Source of the DNA: Felis catus
Taxonomy: Eukaryota
NCBI RefSeq assembly: GCF_018350175.1
Contig: NC_058373.1
Location: 104,286,001-104,350,000 of the forward strand
Length of the DNA stretch: 64,000 bases
Direction: 5' to 3'
The position numbers and the translations under genes were made by a program. The first letter of the stretch is position 1. Every line of letters starts with the position of its first letter. Positions 39,385-53,599 of this stretch are shown piece after piece. The notes under the pieces are model-generated. The model did not search any database, had not been told where the DNA came from, and saw only the letters and a list, made by a program, of their open reading frames with translations.

Positions 39385-39728
39385 TGACATGGGTAGGTCT
39401 AGAGAGTATTATGCAAAGCAAAATAAGTCATTCAGAGAAAGACAAATACCATATGATTTCACTCATACGTGGAATTTAAGAAACAAAAGAGATGAACATA
39501 GGGGAAAGAAAACTATAGAGAACAAACTGAGGGTTGCTGGAGGGGAGGCAGATGGGGTAATGGGCTAAATGATTGATGGGTATTAAGGAAGGCACTTGGG
39601 GTGAGCACTGGATGTTGTATATACGTGATGAATTACTAAATTCTACTCCTGAAACTAATATTATGTTAACTAACTAGAATTTAAATAAAAACTTGAAACA
39701 TTAAAAAATAAATTAATAAAAAAAAATA
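39385..39728 (+). mobile_element. Truncated carnivore L1 3' end
   Basis: GAAAGACAAATACCATATGATTTCACTCAT, 3' UTR, A tail; flanking AACTCACT repeats. Confidence 0.88.
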
Positions 39729-39749
39729 AACTCACTGCTAAATGAACTT

Positions 39750-40270
39750 CAAAGCCTTATATTCAAAACCACCCTCAAACTCAATACCCATAAAGGAAAT
39801 AATAACCCAGTTAAGAAATGGGCAGAAGACATGAATAGACACTTTTCCAAAGGGGACATTCAGATGGCTAAGAGACACATGAAAAGATGTTCAACATCAT
39901 TCATCATCAAGGAAATACAAATCAAAACCACAATGAGATACTACCTCACACCTGTCAGAATGGCTAAAATGAGCAACACAAGAAACAACAGGTGTTGACA
40001 AGGATGCAGAGAAAGGAAAACCCTCTTGCACTGCTGGTGGGAATGCAAACTGGTGCAGCCACTCTGGAAAACACTATGGAGTTTCCTCAAAAAACTGAAA
40101 ATAGAGCTACTCTATGATACAGCAATTGCACTATTAGGGTATTTATCCAAAGAATACAAAAAGAAAGATTTGAAGGGGTACATGCACCCCAATGTTTATA
40201 GCACATTATCAACAACAGCCAAACTATGGAGAAAGCCCAAATATCCATTGACTGATAAATGGATAACGAT

Positions 40271-40326
<56 letters not shown>

Positions 40327-40765
40327 TATATACATATACAATGGAATATTACTCAGCCATCAAAAAGAATGCAATCTCGCCATTTGCAACAACATGGATG
40401 GAACTAGAATGTACTATGCTAAATGAAATAAGTCAACCAGAGAAAGACAATACCATATGATTTCACTCATATGTGGAATATCAGCAATTCACTCATATGT
40501 TTAAGAAACAGAACAGATGAACATATGGGAAGGAGGAGGGAAAGAGAAGAGAGGGAAACAACCTACAGGAGACTCAATGATAGAAAACAAATTGAGAGTT
40601 GATGGATGGAGGTGGGTGGGAGATGGGCTAGATGGGTGATGGGTATTAAGGAGGGCACATACAATAAGGGTGTTGTATTAAGTGATTTATCACTGAACTC
40701 TACTCCTGAAGGCAATTTTGCACTGTATGTTAACTAAATAACATTTAAATTAAAAAACAAAAAAA
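39750..40765 (+). mobile_element. Truncated carnivore L1 (ORF2 C-terminus + 3' UTR) with internal (TA)n
   Basis: ORF 40026-40274 [17 protein letters not shown]; (TA)n ~40274-40316; A tail. Confidence 0.92.
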
Positions 40766-41163
40766 CATCATGATCAGTAGTTAATGTTAGTGTTATGGTT
40801 TATGGTATACCTATTCCTTTAAATCTCTGAGTTAATTTATAAAATATTGTGATCAAAAGTTAAGAGAAGCAGAGTCAAGCAGAAGTAAATACATAAACAA
40901 AAATCTAGCCTTATGTCAAGGAATACTAAAACCCTGACGGTTAGTACTCATTTTACCAAGTTATGCAAGATGCAGCCAATTTGTCTGTTAGGATAAGTCT
41001 GGCTTAATATCCTTGCAGTCAGTTTCTCCCTTTAGCTTACTTAGTTTTTATGGCTATATAAATACACTGCTAAAATTTTAAATTATTTTGAAAACATTTT
41101 TCCTTGCCTATTAAATTAGCAAAATTTTCTTTTTAATATTGTCTAATTAGGACAAGTACTCTT

Positions 41164-41334
41164 GGAGTGCCCAGGTGGCTCAGTCGTTTGAATGTCCGAC
41201 TCTTGATTTCAGCTCAGGTCATGATCCCAGGGTTGTGGGATCAAGCCCTGTGTCAGGCTCTGCACTGAGAGTGGAGCCTGTTTAGGATTCTCTCTCTCCC
41301 TTTGTCCCTCTCCCAGCTCATGCTCTATGTTTCT

Positions 41335-41374
<40 letters not shown>

Positions 41375-41375
41375 G
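41164..41375 (+). mobile_element. Can-SINE with (AAT)n tail
   Basis: Head/core; TSD ACAAGTACT. Confidence 0.88.
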
Positions 41376-43418
41376 AACAAGTACTTTCATATGTTGAAAA
41401 GTAAATTTGGTACACTCCCTTTTGTAAATCAAGTTGACAGTATATACTAAAAGCCTTAAAAAAAGGATTATTAGGTTTGCTTCTAAGAATTTATCTCAAA
41501 TGCGCAATCCTAAGTACCCCAAAAATTTATGCTGAAACTACTCATCATAGCATTATTTATAGTACAAACATTGGTAACAGCCTAAAGATGGCTGTGTGTT
41601 GAATTTGATTGGAATATATACAGTGAAATTTTTGCAACAATTAACATTTTAGTGTAATATTTAAAATAACATGAACTTTTTCTATGTTGTTAAGTTTTAA
41701 AAATTCAGAATATAAATATACGTGTGTGTGTATGTATCACAATGATCTAAAAGTAATTCTCCCTAAACTATAGACAAAGACTAAAATAAAATGCCTCAAA
41801 ATATTAATAATGGTTATCATTTGAGGGTGGCACTATGTGTGGCTTTTTTTCTTTCCACTTCTCTGTGTTTATGTTGAACATGTATTACTGTTACAGTGGG
41901 GGGAAGCCTGCATGTTACTCGAGCAGAATCGAGGCACTGTCCTCTATACAAATCAGGAATTTTATGGGCTTTCTGTGCAAGCTCAGAAAGCTTTTATAAA
42001 GGAAATGAAGACTTTGGCAATAGGCTCAGGATAGTTGAGCCACTGTAGGAAAGTGGAGAAGTCCCTCAATTAGGAAAAAAAAGTGGGTAAGTCCCTTAGG
42101 ATGGATACTTTCTCTTCTAACACTTCATTCTTTAGAAGAAGAGCAAAAGTAGAGTTAGGTGATGGATTCCTTTTCCAAACATATAAAGGAACAAAAAAGC
42201 ATCAACCATTTAGTTAGTGCTTAATATGTGCTAGGTTGGTTTGAAAGGGTGAAAAGCTAAATGTGATGAATGGGTGAATGAAAAGAAGGATGGTTACAGA
42301 ATTTCATTTCCAGCCATCACCAGGACCCTGCGGTCAGATTATAGCTAAAGAGCTGGTCTTCCCACCTGTAATTCGGCAATAATCCTTGTCTCCCTTACCT
42401 CCCATTCCCATCCATCTTCAAGACTGCAGAGAGAGTGATCTTTTCAAAGAATAAACCTTCAACGGATTCCCAGATAAAATCTAAATTTATGGTGGCTGAC
42501 AACGCCCTTTAAGATCTGGCTTTGGCTTATATCTCCAGCTTCCTCTTCTGCTTCCTCACTCCACCTTCCAGGCATTCTGATCTTCCCCAGGGTTTGACCA
42601 TCCAGTCTCTTTTGTTTAGCTAACTCCTGCTTGCTTTTCAAGTCTCTGGTTAAATGTTGCCTTCATTGGGAAAATACAGCTGCCCCTACAATATGCACCT
42701 ACCACAATCACTGCTTTCCTTGTCATAGCCCTTTCTGTATGTTACTAAATGCTCTGGTTTGATTGTCCTTATCAGGACTATAGGGTCTGTGAGGGCAAGG
42801 GCTAAGTCTGCCCTTCACCTTGATACCTACAATGCCTAACAGAGGAGCAACAGATGTTTACTGAATAAATGGATGAATAAGTGAGATTGTTTGATTATAT
42901 CCAACTTCTCCAAAACTTTCTCTGAAGACTCACTCTCACTGATGAAAATGCATATTAATATAAAGATGATACATGTTGTGATGGTGGTGGTCCTGGGGAT
43001 GCTTTGAGTTCTTCATTCAGCACTGTAGTCCTGAATCCTATTCTCACTTAACAGATACATGCGCATGTGTGTATATATTTCAAGAGATTTTTCAAATTAA
43101 TTTTCATGCCCCTTATGGGGAAAAAAGAGACACTCTGATACATTAACCAATTGTTTCTAATCCTTACAAAAAGATATTTTCATCCAAAAATAGGGGAGTA
43201 AATATATTATAATTCATAAAATAATTATAATTTTTAAAGACATAAGAAAATAATACAATACCTTTTATAAAAGCATACAAACTACATATACAAAATAAGC
43301 TAATCACTCCCATACATAAAAGTACATATTATATATTTACATAATAGAAAGGTTGGAAGAAAATGCATCATATACTGTGATTCCTTCTGAGCATCATCAC
43401 ATGTAAAATACTGTTCTT

Positions 43419-43604
43419 GGGGCACCTGGGTGGCTCAGTCAATTGAGCAGCCGACTTTGGCTCAGGTCATGATTCTCATGGTCAGAGAGTTCAAGCCCCA
43501 CATCTGGCTTACTGCTGTCAGCACAGAGCCTGCTTTGGATCCTCTGTCCCCCTTTCTCTCGCCCACCCCTGCTCTCTCTCCTTCAAAAATAAACATTAAA
43601 AAAG
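43419..43604 (+). mobile_element. Can-SINE
   Basis: Head GGGGCACCTGGGTGGCTCAG, tail. Confidence 0.88.
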
Positions 43605-43817
43605 GGCACTTTTCTTCCTTACACTTTTCAGCATTTCTCTTCAGAATGAGCATGTATTACCTTGTTTAAAACACCAGAAGTTATCTTAAAAAAACTTTAT
43701 AATATAAAGACAAATTCGTTTATGGGTAGGCAGTTGTTTCAAATATTGTTTTAAGACAAAAGTCTAGGCATGAACATTTTTCATAGAGCACACATATATA
43801 TTTAAAAATATTTTACT

Positions 43818-44040
43818 GGGGGTGGCTGGGTGGCTCAGCCAGTTAACTATCCGATTTCGGCTTAGGTCATGATCTCACAGTTAGTGAATTCAAGTACTGC
43901 CACGGGCTCTGTGCTGACCACTCAGAGCCTGGAGCCTGTTGCAGATTCTGTGTCTCCCTCTCTGCTCCTCCTCCACTCACGCTTTCTCTCTCTCTCTCTC
44001 TCTCAAAAATAAATAAACATTAAAAAAATTTTTTTAAATA
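43818..44040 (+). mobile_element. Can-SINE
   Basis: TSD AAAAATATTTTACTG. Confidence 0.9.
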
Positions 44041-44161
44041 AAAATATTTTACTGAATAGATGTAAAAATGCAAATATTTTATACTTAATAGATTCAATGA
44101 TACAATGACCTTTAATGTAGATGCTACTAGAAGACACTACAGAACTTAATCATCTTTATGT

Positions 44162-44369
44162 TTTTTACATTTTTTTAATGTTTATTTATATTTGAGAGAG
44201 ACAGCATGAGCGGGGAGAGGTACAGGGAGACGGAGACAGAATCTGAAGCAGGCTGCAGGCTTTGAGCTGTCAGCACAGAGCCCGTCACAGGGCTCGAACC
44301 CATGAAACCGCGAGATCATGACCTGAGTTGAAGTTGGTTGCTTAACTGACTGAGCCACCCAGGCACCCC
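44162..44369 (-). mobile_element. Can-SINE
   Basis: Reverse head GAGCCACCCAGGCACCCC; flanks AGAACT..AATCATCTT. Confidence 0.9.
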
Positions 44370-45659
44370 AAGAACTATAATCATCTTGAATCTGACTTCT
44401 CAAATATCCTCATGTTCAGAGTTTTTCATATTTCTCAAGGGAAAACAATTCTATTAAAGAATATTTCATGAAAAGTTTTGGAAAGTAAATTAATGCACAT
44501 ATTAATATGCCAAACACAAATAAGATGGACATTTTTAAAAAAGGATGGGTGGACGCAATTAACCAACCATACAGGTACTGTAAGTTGATTAGGGGACAGG
44601 TAATTTGGGCAGAACTGCCTCTTTGAAACAGGCCAGAAGGAGCAGTTTCTACAGCTAGTCTGGGAAAGTCCCTCACCTGCACCACCTATCTCAATAGATC
44701 TAGGAAGTTGCTTTTTTTTGTTGTTTTTTTTTTTTTTTTTTAGCTTAACAATAGGTTCAGTGATAAGCAAAGTTGCCCTCCTCCAAAGCTCCCTGAAGTG
44801 CAAAAGGACTAAGAAGATCAAAGGAGCCATTAACCACTCCCTGAACTTCAAAGGTTTCTCCTATAAGAACTCTGAGAAGCAGCTGTGAGTTTATAGATTA
44901 CTTAGGGACTTCCATTACAGTGTATAAATATAACATAACAAATACCTTGGCTATCATATTCTTTTTATTTCTTTACTAGGGTTGCATTTTAGATTTTACA
45001 GTTTTGTACACATATGAAAATGAACAACAAATCAAAATATATTAAGACTAGAGACCTACACATTCCCAATGAACACAACATATTCTTAGCACTGTGCTCT
45101 CTTTTTGTTTTCTAAACCTAGCTTCTTAATGTCTTGTTTCTATATTTTCCCATTCAGAAAGAAAGTAATGAAACAACGACTTTGCTTCACAAAGTTTGTG
45201 TTTTAATGCAATATTCAAACAAAATCTACAAAATCACTTACTTTTCCTGGATTGGTTTCCAGACTCAGGTCCCTAGTGATGAAAGTGTCTCTTCACTAAA
45301 GCATTTCATGCAAGCTGGGGTGACCCACAGCCCAAACAATTCAGTCAGTCATGTGCGTGCAGACTGTTGTGTTGTCATTGAACACATCGTCTCAAAGTGG
45401 TTCATTTTAACAATAAGAACTGCATCTCTAAGTGATTTTTTTTTTACTTTTAACGAAATTATTAAAAAATTAAATTCTGTATTGAAATATCACATATATA
45501 CATAAATCATAAGTTTACACTTCAATAAATGTCTATAAAAAGTATACACTCCTGAGATCACCAGCATTCAGATTGAAAAAAAAAAACAGATTATAGAATA
45601 TTTCCAGCACCTCAAAACTCTCTCTTTGACCCTCCTCCACATTCCTGACTTCTGATACC

Positions 45660-45975
45660 GACTATAGTAGCCAACAATGGCCAGACACACATAAAAACAG
45701 AGCTCTGACCCACAACCCGGAGCAACCTGCCCACCAACCCCCATCTACAGTGAACAACCCAGGAAGCCAGGCTGCTCTGATTTGGACCTGGAGGAAGCCA
45801 GAGGGCTACCTCTGCTAACAATGTGGGAATCCAAACCAACTTTTGTAACAACTGACCCCAATGACCAGGACTTGATTAATGACTGACAGCTTCTCCAGTT
45901 TTCGTCCCTGCTTCAGACCAACTTCAGACCAATGCGAGAAAGACAAGCATGCACCCCTAGCCAATCCTGTAAGTG
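45660..45975 (+). mobile_element. ERV1-type LTR fragment (MER34/MER39-like)
   Basis: Phrases aacagagctctgacccacaacc, ccaggacttgattaatgactgacagcttc and a CCAAT box; family by recollection only. Confidence 0.5.
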
Positions 45976-46250
45976 TTTATTTTAATAAAAAGAATCTGAA
46001 GTGAAAGACCCTAGAAGATACTACTAGATTCTTAGGACCTTTGAAGATACTTTTCTTACCACTTCTAGTGATGAGAAGTCCTGTATAAATAAACGTGTTT
46101 AAAGACATTCATACCGAGAGACATTTACAATCTGAAAAGGTGTAGAGCAAGATCAATCTTTGATTCATGCATTCAGAATTATGTATTATGCATCTACCAG
46201 TAAAAAGAGAAGTAAGACACAATTCCCATCCTTAAAAGTCTTCTATTCTA

Positions 46251-46440
46251 GGAGTGCCTAGGTGGCTCAGTTGGTTGGGCATCCAACTCTTGATTTTGGC
46301 TTAGGTCATGATCTCACAGTTTGTTAATTTGAGCCTCACTCAACCAGAGGGATTCTCTGTTTCCCTCTCTCTCTGCCTCTCACTTGTGTGCTATCTCTCT
46401 GTCTCTCAAAAATAAATAAATAAACATTTAAAAAAAAGTC
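46251..46440 (+). mobile_element. Can-SINE (internally deleted)
   Basis: Head, CT tract, tail; flanks AAAAGTCTTCTA. Confidence 0.87.
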
Positions 46441-46549
46441 TTCTAAAAGAAGCCACAGAAGAGCAAAGAAGCCATGAGCAAGTTTGGTCACAGAAATTGG
46501 AAGAACTCAGAGTAGGGAGAAGTCAGTTTTGCAAGTGGTGAGAAGGTAG

Positions 46550-46551
<2 letters not shown>

Positions 46552-46644
<93 letters not shown>
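46552..46644. repeat. Compound (GT)n(GA)n microsatellite
   Basis: Direct reading. Confidence 0.95.
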
Positions 46645-46648
<4 letters not shown>

Positions 46649-47522
46649 TAGGAATGGTGGAGGTAATGATTTTAAAAACCAGTAGCAGGATGAGCACAGA
46701 TACACAGGCCAGAAAATCATCTTACACATTTTGGGTATTACAAGTAGTAGTTTGGTTCAAAGTTCACTCATTCATATATACAATAATTATTAAATGAATG
46801 CTTTCAGTTGAAATTGTGAATGGCAAGAAATAACTTGTGCTTCAAAATAAGATGATCAAGAGCGTCTGGTCTACACAGTGAACACAAAACATGGCCTTCC
46901 TAACATCCATTCCCCATTCTTCTTTCTAACAGAACCTCAGTTTTGTTAGTATACACCTTTCTCCCCCAACATGCATGCCTCCAAAGAAGCTCACCCACTC
47001 TTAGTCCCAGGTAGCCTAGTATTATCCATATTTAATAAGTGGGGTAAACCTAGTCTCTTTCCACTGGCTGACTCTGGAATAGCACATGAGCAATTATAAT
47101 CAAGGGGACTCCAAGAGAGGTTTGCTAGAGGCTTCTGGGAAAATAACTCTGTGAGTTACCGAAAGCCTGTCCATTCCTTTCACTGGGCATGAATCAAGAA
47201 ACACATAGCCCGAAACACTTATGGCAAACGTATTATAACTAGGAAGGAAAGCAGCTTTAGGATGGAGCTGACTTCATGAAAGGCAGGAGAGAGAAAGAAA
47301 CCTGGGTTCTCAAATAATATCACTGAACCAATTAACCCTAAAGTTCACCTTGTCATAGATAGTCTTTTACATGATCTAGTTCACTCCCTGATTTTCTTAA
47401 AAGCTAGATTGAGTTGGTTTTTCTGTTATTTGTGACCAAAGCACCCCAATTAGATTTGATTATTAGGCAATGGGGAGTCACTGAAGAAGTTTAAGCAAAA
47501 GACTGAAATAATCGGTTTGCAT

Positions 47523-47735
47523 TTTTTGAAACATTTATTTATTTTTGAGTGAGAGAGAGAGAGAGAGAGAGAGAGCAGGTGAAGCAGTAAAAGCAGGGGA
47601 CAGAGGATCTGAAGCAGGCTCCGTGCCAAGAGTAGAGAGCCCGATGCGGATTCAAACTTATGAACTGTGAAATCATGACCTGAGCTGAAGTAACACTGTG
47701 AATGACACTTAACCCACTGATCCACCCAGGCACCC
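47523..47735 (-). mobile_element. Can-SINE
   Basis: Reverse head; TSD GGTTTGCATTTT. Confidence 0.88.
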
Positions 47736-47799
47736 TTGGTTTGCATTTTATGAGGATGACAGTGGCAGAAATGTTGAGGATAGATGGGTGGGATGGGAG

Positions 47800-48000
47800 A
47801 ATGGCTAACATCTACTGAGGGCACACCATGTGCTTATATTAGTCTGAACACTTTATATATATTAATTCATTTAACCTTCCAAAACTCTATGAGGCATGCA
47901 GTATTATCCATATTTGATAAGAACAATCTGAAATTCAGAGACATTAAGTTGTCTAAGATCACATAGCTAGTAAGTGGCAGAGCCAAGATTTGAACCCCAA
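47800..48000 (-). mobile_element. MIR SINE
   Basis: Core ..attaagttgtctaagatcacatagctagtaagtggcagagccaagatttgaaccc. Confidence 0.75.
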
Positions 48001-48324
48001 TTTTATTATAGATATTTCTTCACCTCCCCTGGTCCCCAGCCATATATATCAGGAAAAGCTCATCTTACTCTCAGCCTCAAATTTGCCTCACTGATGTAAG
48101 AGTATACCCAATAACTGGGTTTCCGGTGACTGACTCAGGAATAGGCCAGTCACCCAATTCTGGTCTGGCTTCTAACCACCAATTGATGCTGCTTATTTCA
48201 TTGGGCTATTGTGAGAACTAAAATGGGTTATTGCTTATAAGATACTTAACATATGGTAGGCCCATAATAAATGCTAGCTACTGCTGTGATGAGTTTAGTC
48301 TACTATATCAAGAAAAACTGAGGA

Positions 48325-48556
48325 GGGGCGCCTGGGTGGCTCAGTCGGTTAAGTGTCTGACTTCTGCTCAGGTCATGATCTCACGGTCTGTGAGTTCGAG
48401 CCCCGCGTCGGGCTCTGTGCTGACAGCTCAGAGCCTGGAGCCTGCTTCAGATTCTGTGTCTCCCCCTCTCTCTGCCCCTCCCCTGCTCATTCTCTGTCTC
48501 TCTCTGTCTCAAAAATAAAATAAAAACATTAAAAAAGAATTAAAAAAAAAAAAAAA
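48325..48556 (+). mobile_element. Can-SINE
   Basis: TSD AAGAAAAACTGAGG. Confidence 0.93.
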
Positions 48557-49041
48557 GAAAAACTGAGGGGTGTTCAGAGGAGAAGGGCAAAGGTGTATTA
48601 GGACAGAAGCCAAGGGAAGGAGTTTCGGAAGGGCATAGCAGGATCAAATGCCATGGGAAAATAAAGTGACATGAGAGTTCAAGAGACTAATGGGACTAAC
48701 CTTTGGGACATACAAGTGACTTTTGCCGGAGAGGTGACCGTGGAAGGGTTGAGGTGGAAGCCAACTGATTGGCTAACAAGAGACTTGCACCTGAGTGCAG
48801 ACTGTGGCTACCTACTACAGATTAGCAGTTTCACTGTGATGGAAAGCAGAGAGAGAAAGGATGGTAGGAGGAGTCTCCAGATGGGGTGCATTTATAAGCT
48901 TTGAGGCAACAGCCAGCAAACGTACCACTGAAAATTCAGGAGAGAGAACGATGATGGGACAGGTCCCAAAGGAGACTTGAAAGAAACTGTAAACAGTGTA
49001 TCGTTCTACTTTTTACCCTAAAACTGCTCTAAAAAATAAAG

Positions 49042-49400
49042 TTATATATATATATATAATATATACACATTTTATATATATAATATATATTATATATATA
49101 ATAATATATAACATATAATATATAAAATATATTTAAAATATATATAAAATATTATATATTATATATTATTATATTATATATTATTATATATTATATATAA
49201 TAATATATTATATATAATATTATATAATAATATATATTATAATATTATATATAATATTATATTAATATTTATATAATATATTTATAATAATTATATAATA
49301 TAAAATATTATATATATAATATAATATTTTATATATATAATATATTATATATTTTATATACATATATAAAAATAAAGTTTTATATATATATATAACTTTT
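49042..49400. repeat. AT-only low-complexity tract
   Basis: About 360 bp of TATA/TATAA variants with almost no G or C. Confidence 0.95.
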
Positions 49401-51596
49401 TAAAAAAAGGAGACTAGAGAGAGGTATTAGTCTTGAAGAATTGGGTCACCTTCTACCCTCTAAAACTGAGGGGGAAGGATATAAGGATAAGTGCAGATAT
49501 AGATGCATTTATTGACATGGGGGGGTGGGAGTGGTGCAAGTGCGTCTCTGGAAGAGTTCCTTTTTCCTAGCGACGTGGAGGCAGGGGCATCTGCTGAGAA
49601 GGAGAGTGTGAAACAAGTAGTGGTCAAAAATGAAGCTAGCCTCGAAAACTGGTAAAAACAACTCTAGAGTACCGACAGCTGAGAGCATAGCTAAATTGGA
49701 GACCAAATATTTTCAATGGCTTTAATATATAGGAATATATGATTCTGCCCAGCACCTCTCACTTACCCAGGTGAAGATAGGAGAATCAGCCTGTCCCTGC
49801 CCTTGGCACGTTATGAAAGTACGAGGTTGAAAGTAACAGAAATAGTGACCATTTGCCCATAGTCCTCTCCGGTTCCTCATACTCCCCTGAGGCCTCAGTT
49901 ATACAAACGAAATCTGTGCCTACAATTGGGACTGCCAAACACTGCTCTCAAAGGGACACAGCATTAAAAGAACAGAACGTCACTTCCTCAAATTCAAAGG
50001 GAAAAATCAAGTTGTTAATTAAAGCACTTTACCTGGGAATCTCGTAGTGTTCCAGGATTGCAGGTGGTAAAACAACATCCTTATATTCATCCTTTGATTA
50101 AATTCTATAGACCTCAAATTCGATGTATCCCCTTTCTTTCATCTAAGATAAAACAAAGAACACTCATATTCAAGGCTTTATGTATAATAGATAGGATTAG
50201 TAGGATTAAGAGACCCATGGCACATAAAACTATACAAATATTTAAATTATTCAGTATATGTGCCTATGGCACATAACATGGCATCCTGCTGAGTCAAGAT
50301 AACTTAAAACATCTCTCTGTTATTAACATCTTCATTCCCAGTTACCTTTATGAAAACTGGCCAATAAGAGAAAAATGTCTAGTTGTTAGAATTAGGAAGG
50401 AACTTTTCTCCTTTCAAGCTAACTTAAGGAAGCTGCTTGAGGATATTGTTTCAAAATTGATGTTGGTTATTTTAGGTGATTTAATGAGGAGTTTTTTCTT
50501 CTAAAAAAAAAAAACTTAAGGTGTATCCTTTCATTATTCAAAAGAGAACAAAGACAATAGTAACTAAGTGACTATTGTATCATAAGATATTGCCAAGCAA
50601 TGAAAATACTAATTATCCAGACAAAAGACTGTCCCTTGACAGTCCCCAAGACCCCAATGTCCCCAAGACCATTTCTTCCTCCTTCCCATGAAGTCATTGC
50701 TCACGGAGATAGTTGCCTTTTCAATGCCTCAAAATAGGCAAACATGCCCAAAGCGCTGAAGTGAATTAATCCTATTTCTATACCTAAAATAATGCTATCA
50801 CCATATCAGCATATTACTCACAAACATGAGCTTGAAAATACTTTACAAATATAAGGACAGATTTCTTAGGGAAGTCTTCTGATGTCGATGGATCATCATT
50901 GGGATCTTGATACCGGGATGTAAAACAAGTCACTGGAGCTTAGATGTCAGAGATCCTATTAGCTTATTCACTAGGAAGGAGGCCAGAATTTACTTTGTAA
51001 TTGTAAACATCCTGCACTGCTGAGAGAATAGCATAATGTAGTTAAAAAAAAAAAAAGAAAAGAAAACCCAATAGGTCCCCTTTTATATATTAAATATGTG
51101 AATAATAAGTGAAGAAGACTCAGTCACTGACCTCAAGTAGGTCTTTATAATTCTCATCTCTCTGAAAATAACTGTGGGACAACATTAAGTGAGCCCCTGG
51201 GTGTGGGAAAGCTCAGTGCCACGTGACAATATGGAAAGAACAGTAAGACTTGGTGCCGCTCATTCATTACAGTGGAGTCGTATCTTTCTTAGGACAGGGT
51301 TATTCCACAGATACGGAGAGGCATTTTGCTAGGTAAAAATTAAACATGTCTTGGGGAATTGTGTGGAGACACTTTGGCCGTTTTTTCCCCTGCACTACTT
51401 GAACAGATCATTGTTTCCTTGGCTGGCCCCCCAGGTTAAACTTAGAAACTATGTCATATGTATTGTTAAACAATGCATGTACCTTTGAAAATATGGTTTT
51501 ATTTTGTACTTTTTAAAAACCGTCAATGGGGTCCCATTGTACTTATTAGTTTATTTTACCTCCTTAGGGTGTTTAGGCGGTCTTAAGCACTTAAGA

Positions 51597-52150
51597 CAAT
51601 GTGTGTTTTCTAAAAATGGCCACAGCAGTATTTCTGGTCCCACATGTTCTCTACAAACTTTGCTTCTCCCTATCAAGAAGTAGAATCTATCTCCCCTGCC
51701 TCTGAACCTGGATGAGGCTTTATAAGGGCCTGGGTAAAGAGAACGCAGCAGAATTGACACTGCATGACTTCTAAGGCAGATAAACCATAATATGCTTCTA
51801 CCTGGCTCTCGCTCTCTTAGGATACTCACCCTTAGAACCTAACCCTCATGCTGTGAGGAGCCCAACCAAGTCCACATTAAGAGACCACCTGCAGAGGTCT
51901 ACAGGGAGTTGAGCTGAGGTCTCCAGCCTGCAGCCTCCAGCCAGTATCAATCACCAACATGAAAGTGAAAACTTTTCAGAGGATTTCAATCTTCAGCCTT
52001 CCAGTTGAGGCCCTATGCATAAGGGAGCAGAAAAAAAGTCATACCTGCTGTGCTATCTCAATTCCTGACGCACAGAATCTGTCAGCATAATAAATGGTTG
52101 TTTTTTACCACTACCTTGTGGGCGTAATTCGCAATGCAGCATTAGTACCT
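51597..52150 (+). mobile_element. MaLR LTR (older MLT1 type)
   Basis: ctaaaaatggccac start, catgctgtgaggagccc core, aataaatggttgttttttaccacta..gcagcattagtacctg end. Confidence 0.7.
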
Positions 52151-53599
52151 GGAAGTGTACCAATATATTTTATTATTAATAATTCAATATATTCTATCAT
52201 ATTCAATCTTTCAAACAATAACATAATTAACTATAGTATTTTGGTATCTTAAGCTTAATCATCCTGTATTGATAGACACTTAGGTGGTTTGGACTTATTT
52301 TTTCCTATTATAGACAAGGCTGAAATAAACATTTACATCTCTTTGTACACAGATGCCAGTATTTCTACAAGAACCTATAAATCAGTTTTTGTAAAAATCT
52401 ATAAATGAGTTAATAAATATATGCAAGATACAGCAGTGCTAGCACAGAGTAACACATTATTTTTATCACTACAGATTGAACTTCTAGATGGAACGTGATA
52501 GCTTTTCCTTGCTGTCTTTAGTGACAAGGATCCTAACAATTGTACCTAACTGCTATGCTACAGTAGAGGCCACTTTCTAGAGTTTAGATCAAGGCAGAAA
52601 AGTTGTAAACATAATCAGTCACAGATTATGTCCCTGAAAACATCCATCTGCTGCTGACATGACTAGCTCTACAAATCAGTTTTCAAAAAACTTGAGTTTG
52701 CTCCGTGGGCTGGTGAGTTACAAGAACAGAGCTTCTGGAAATCACCGGTTGCGGACTACAGGGGAAAGAGCGCAGCCACACGCTCAAGTGCGTGCGGCTG
52801 TTCTATCTGCATCCGCCTGGGCAGACCACTTGGTGGAGTGACTGGGGAGAAGGTTCAGGACGTGTCTTTCCCGGTGACAATTTGTGTCACAAGTTTAGGA
52901 GTGTGCTTTACCAGACGTTGTCACTTTCTTCCACCATCTCTAACTCTTCCCCAGGCGTGCTTGCATCTGTCTAGCACTTTAAATCACATTTACCTCTAAA
53001 TTCCTGGGCGGAGTGAAGGGGACAAGGAGAGAGGAAGAGGACTATCTGTCCACCGTCTCTGGTCTCAAAGGGGCAGAGTAGTTAAACTTAATTCACACTG
53101 CAAACAAACCAGTTTTCAACAGCTTTTAACTTCCTGTCTCTTTCGATTTTCTCCCGTTTTGCTCCATTTTTAAGGGACTCGGGTAACCGCCCTCCTTTCT
53201 CTGCCTTCCAACCCCCGCCGCTCCTCGGGTCAGGGCAAAGGTAGCACAGCTGAGGAAGAGCATTTTTAGGAGAGTGGCGTGGTCAACAAGCCACAAGCGG
53301 GCGGGCTTCGCGACAGCTCCGTGGGGGCGATGGGGTTGGGAGAGGGAGCGCCCGTCCCGCCTCTCTCTCCCCGGTCCTGCGTCGCAAGCTCCGCGGGCTG
53401 AAGAGTCCCAACGCCGAGGACAGTGGACTAGGCGCGGGAGACTCCAAAGCCCTCAGCGACTTCCCCGCCCCACAGCCCCACCCATTAGCACGCAGCCTCC
53501 CCCAGAGCCCACAGGAGACACCTTCGTCCCCGCCCCTCCACAGGTCACCTCCCTCCACGCCCCTTTCCCTTGGCCCCGGCAGCCGGCAGGCAGGGAAGT

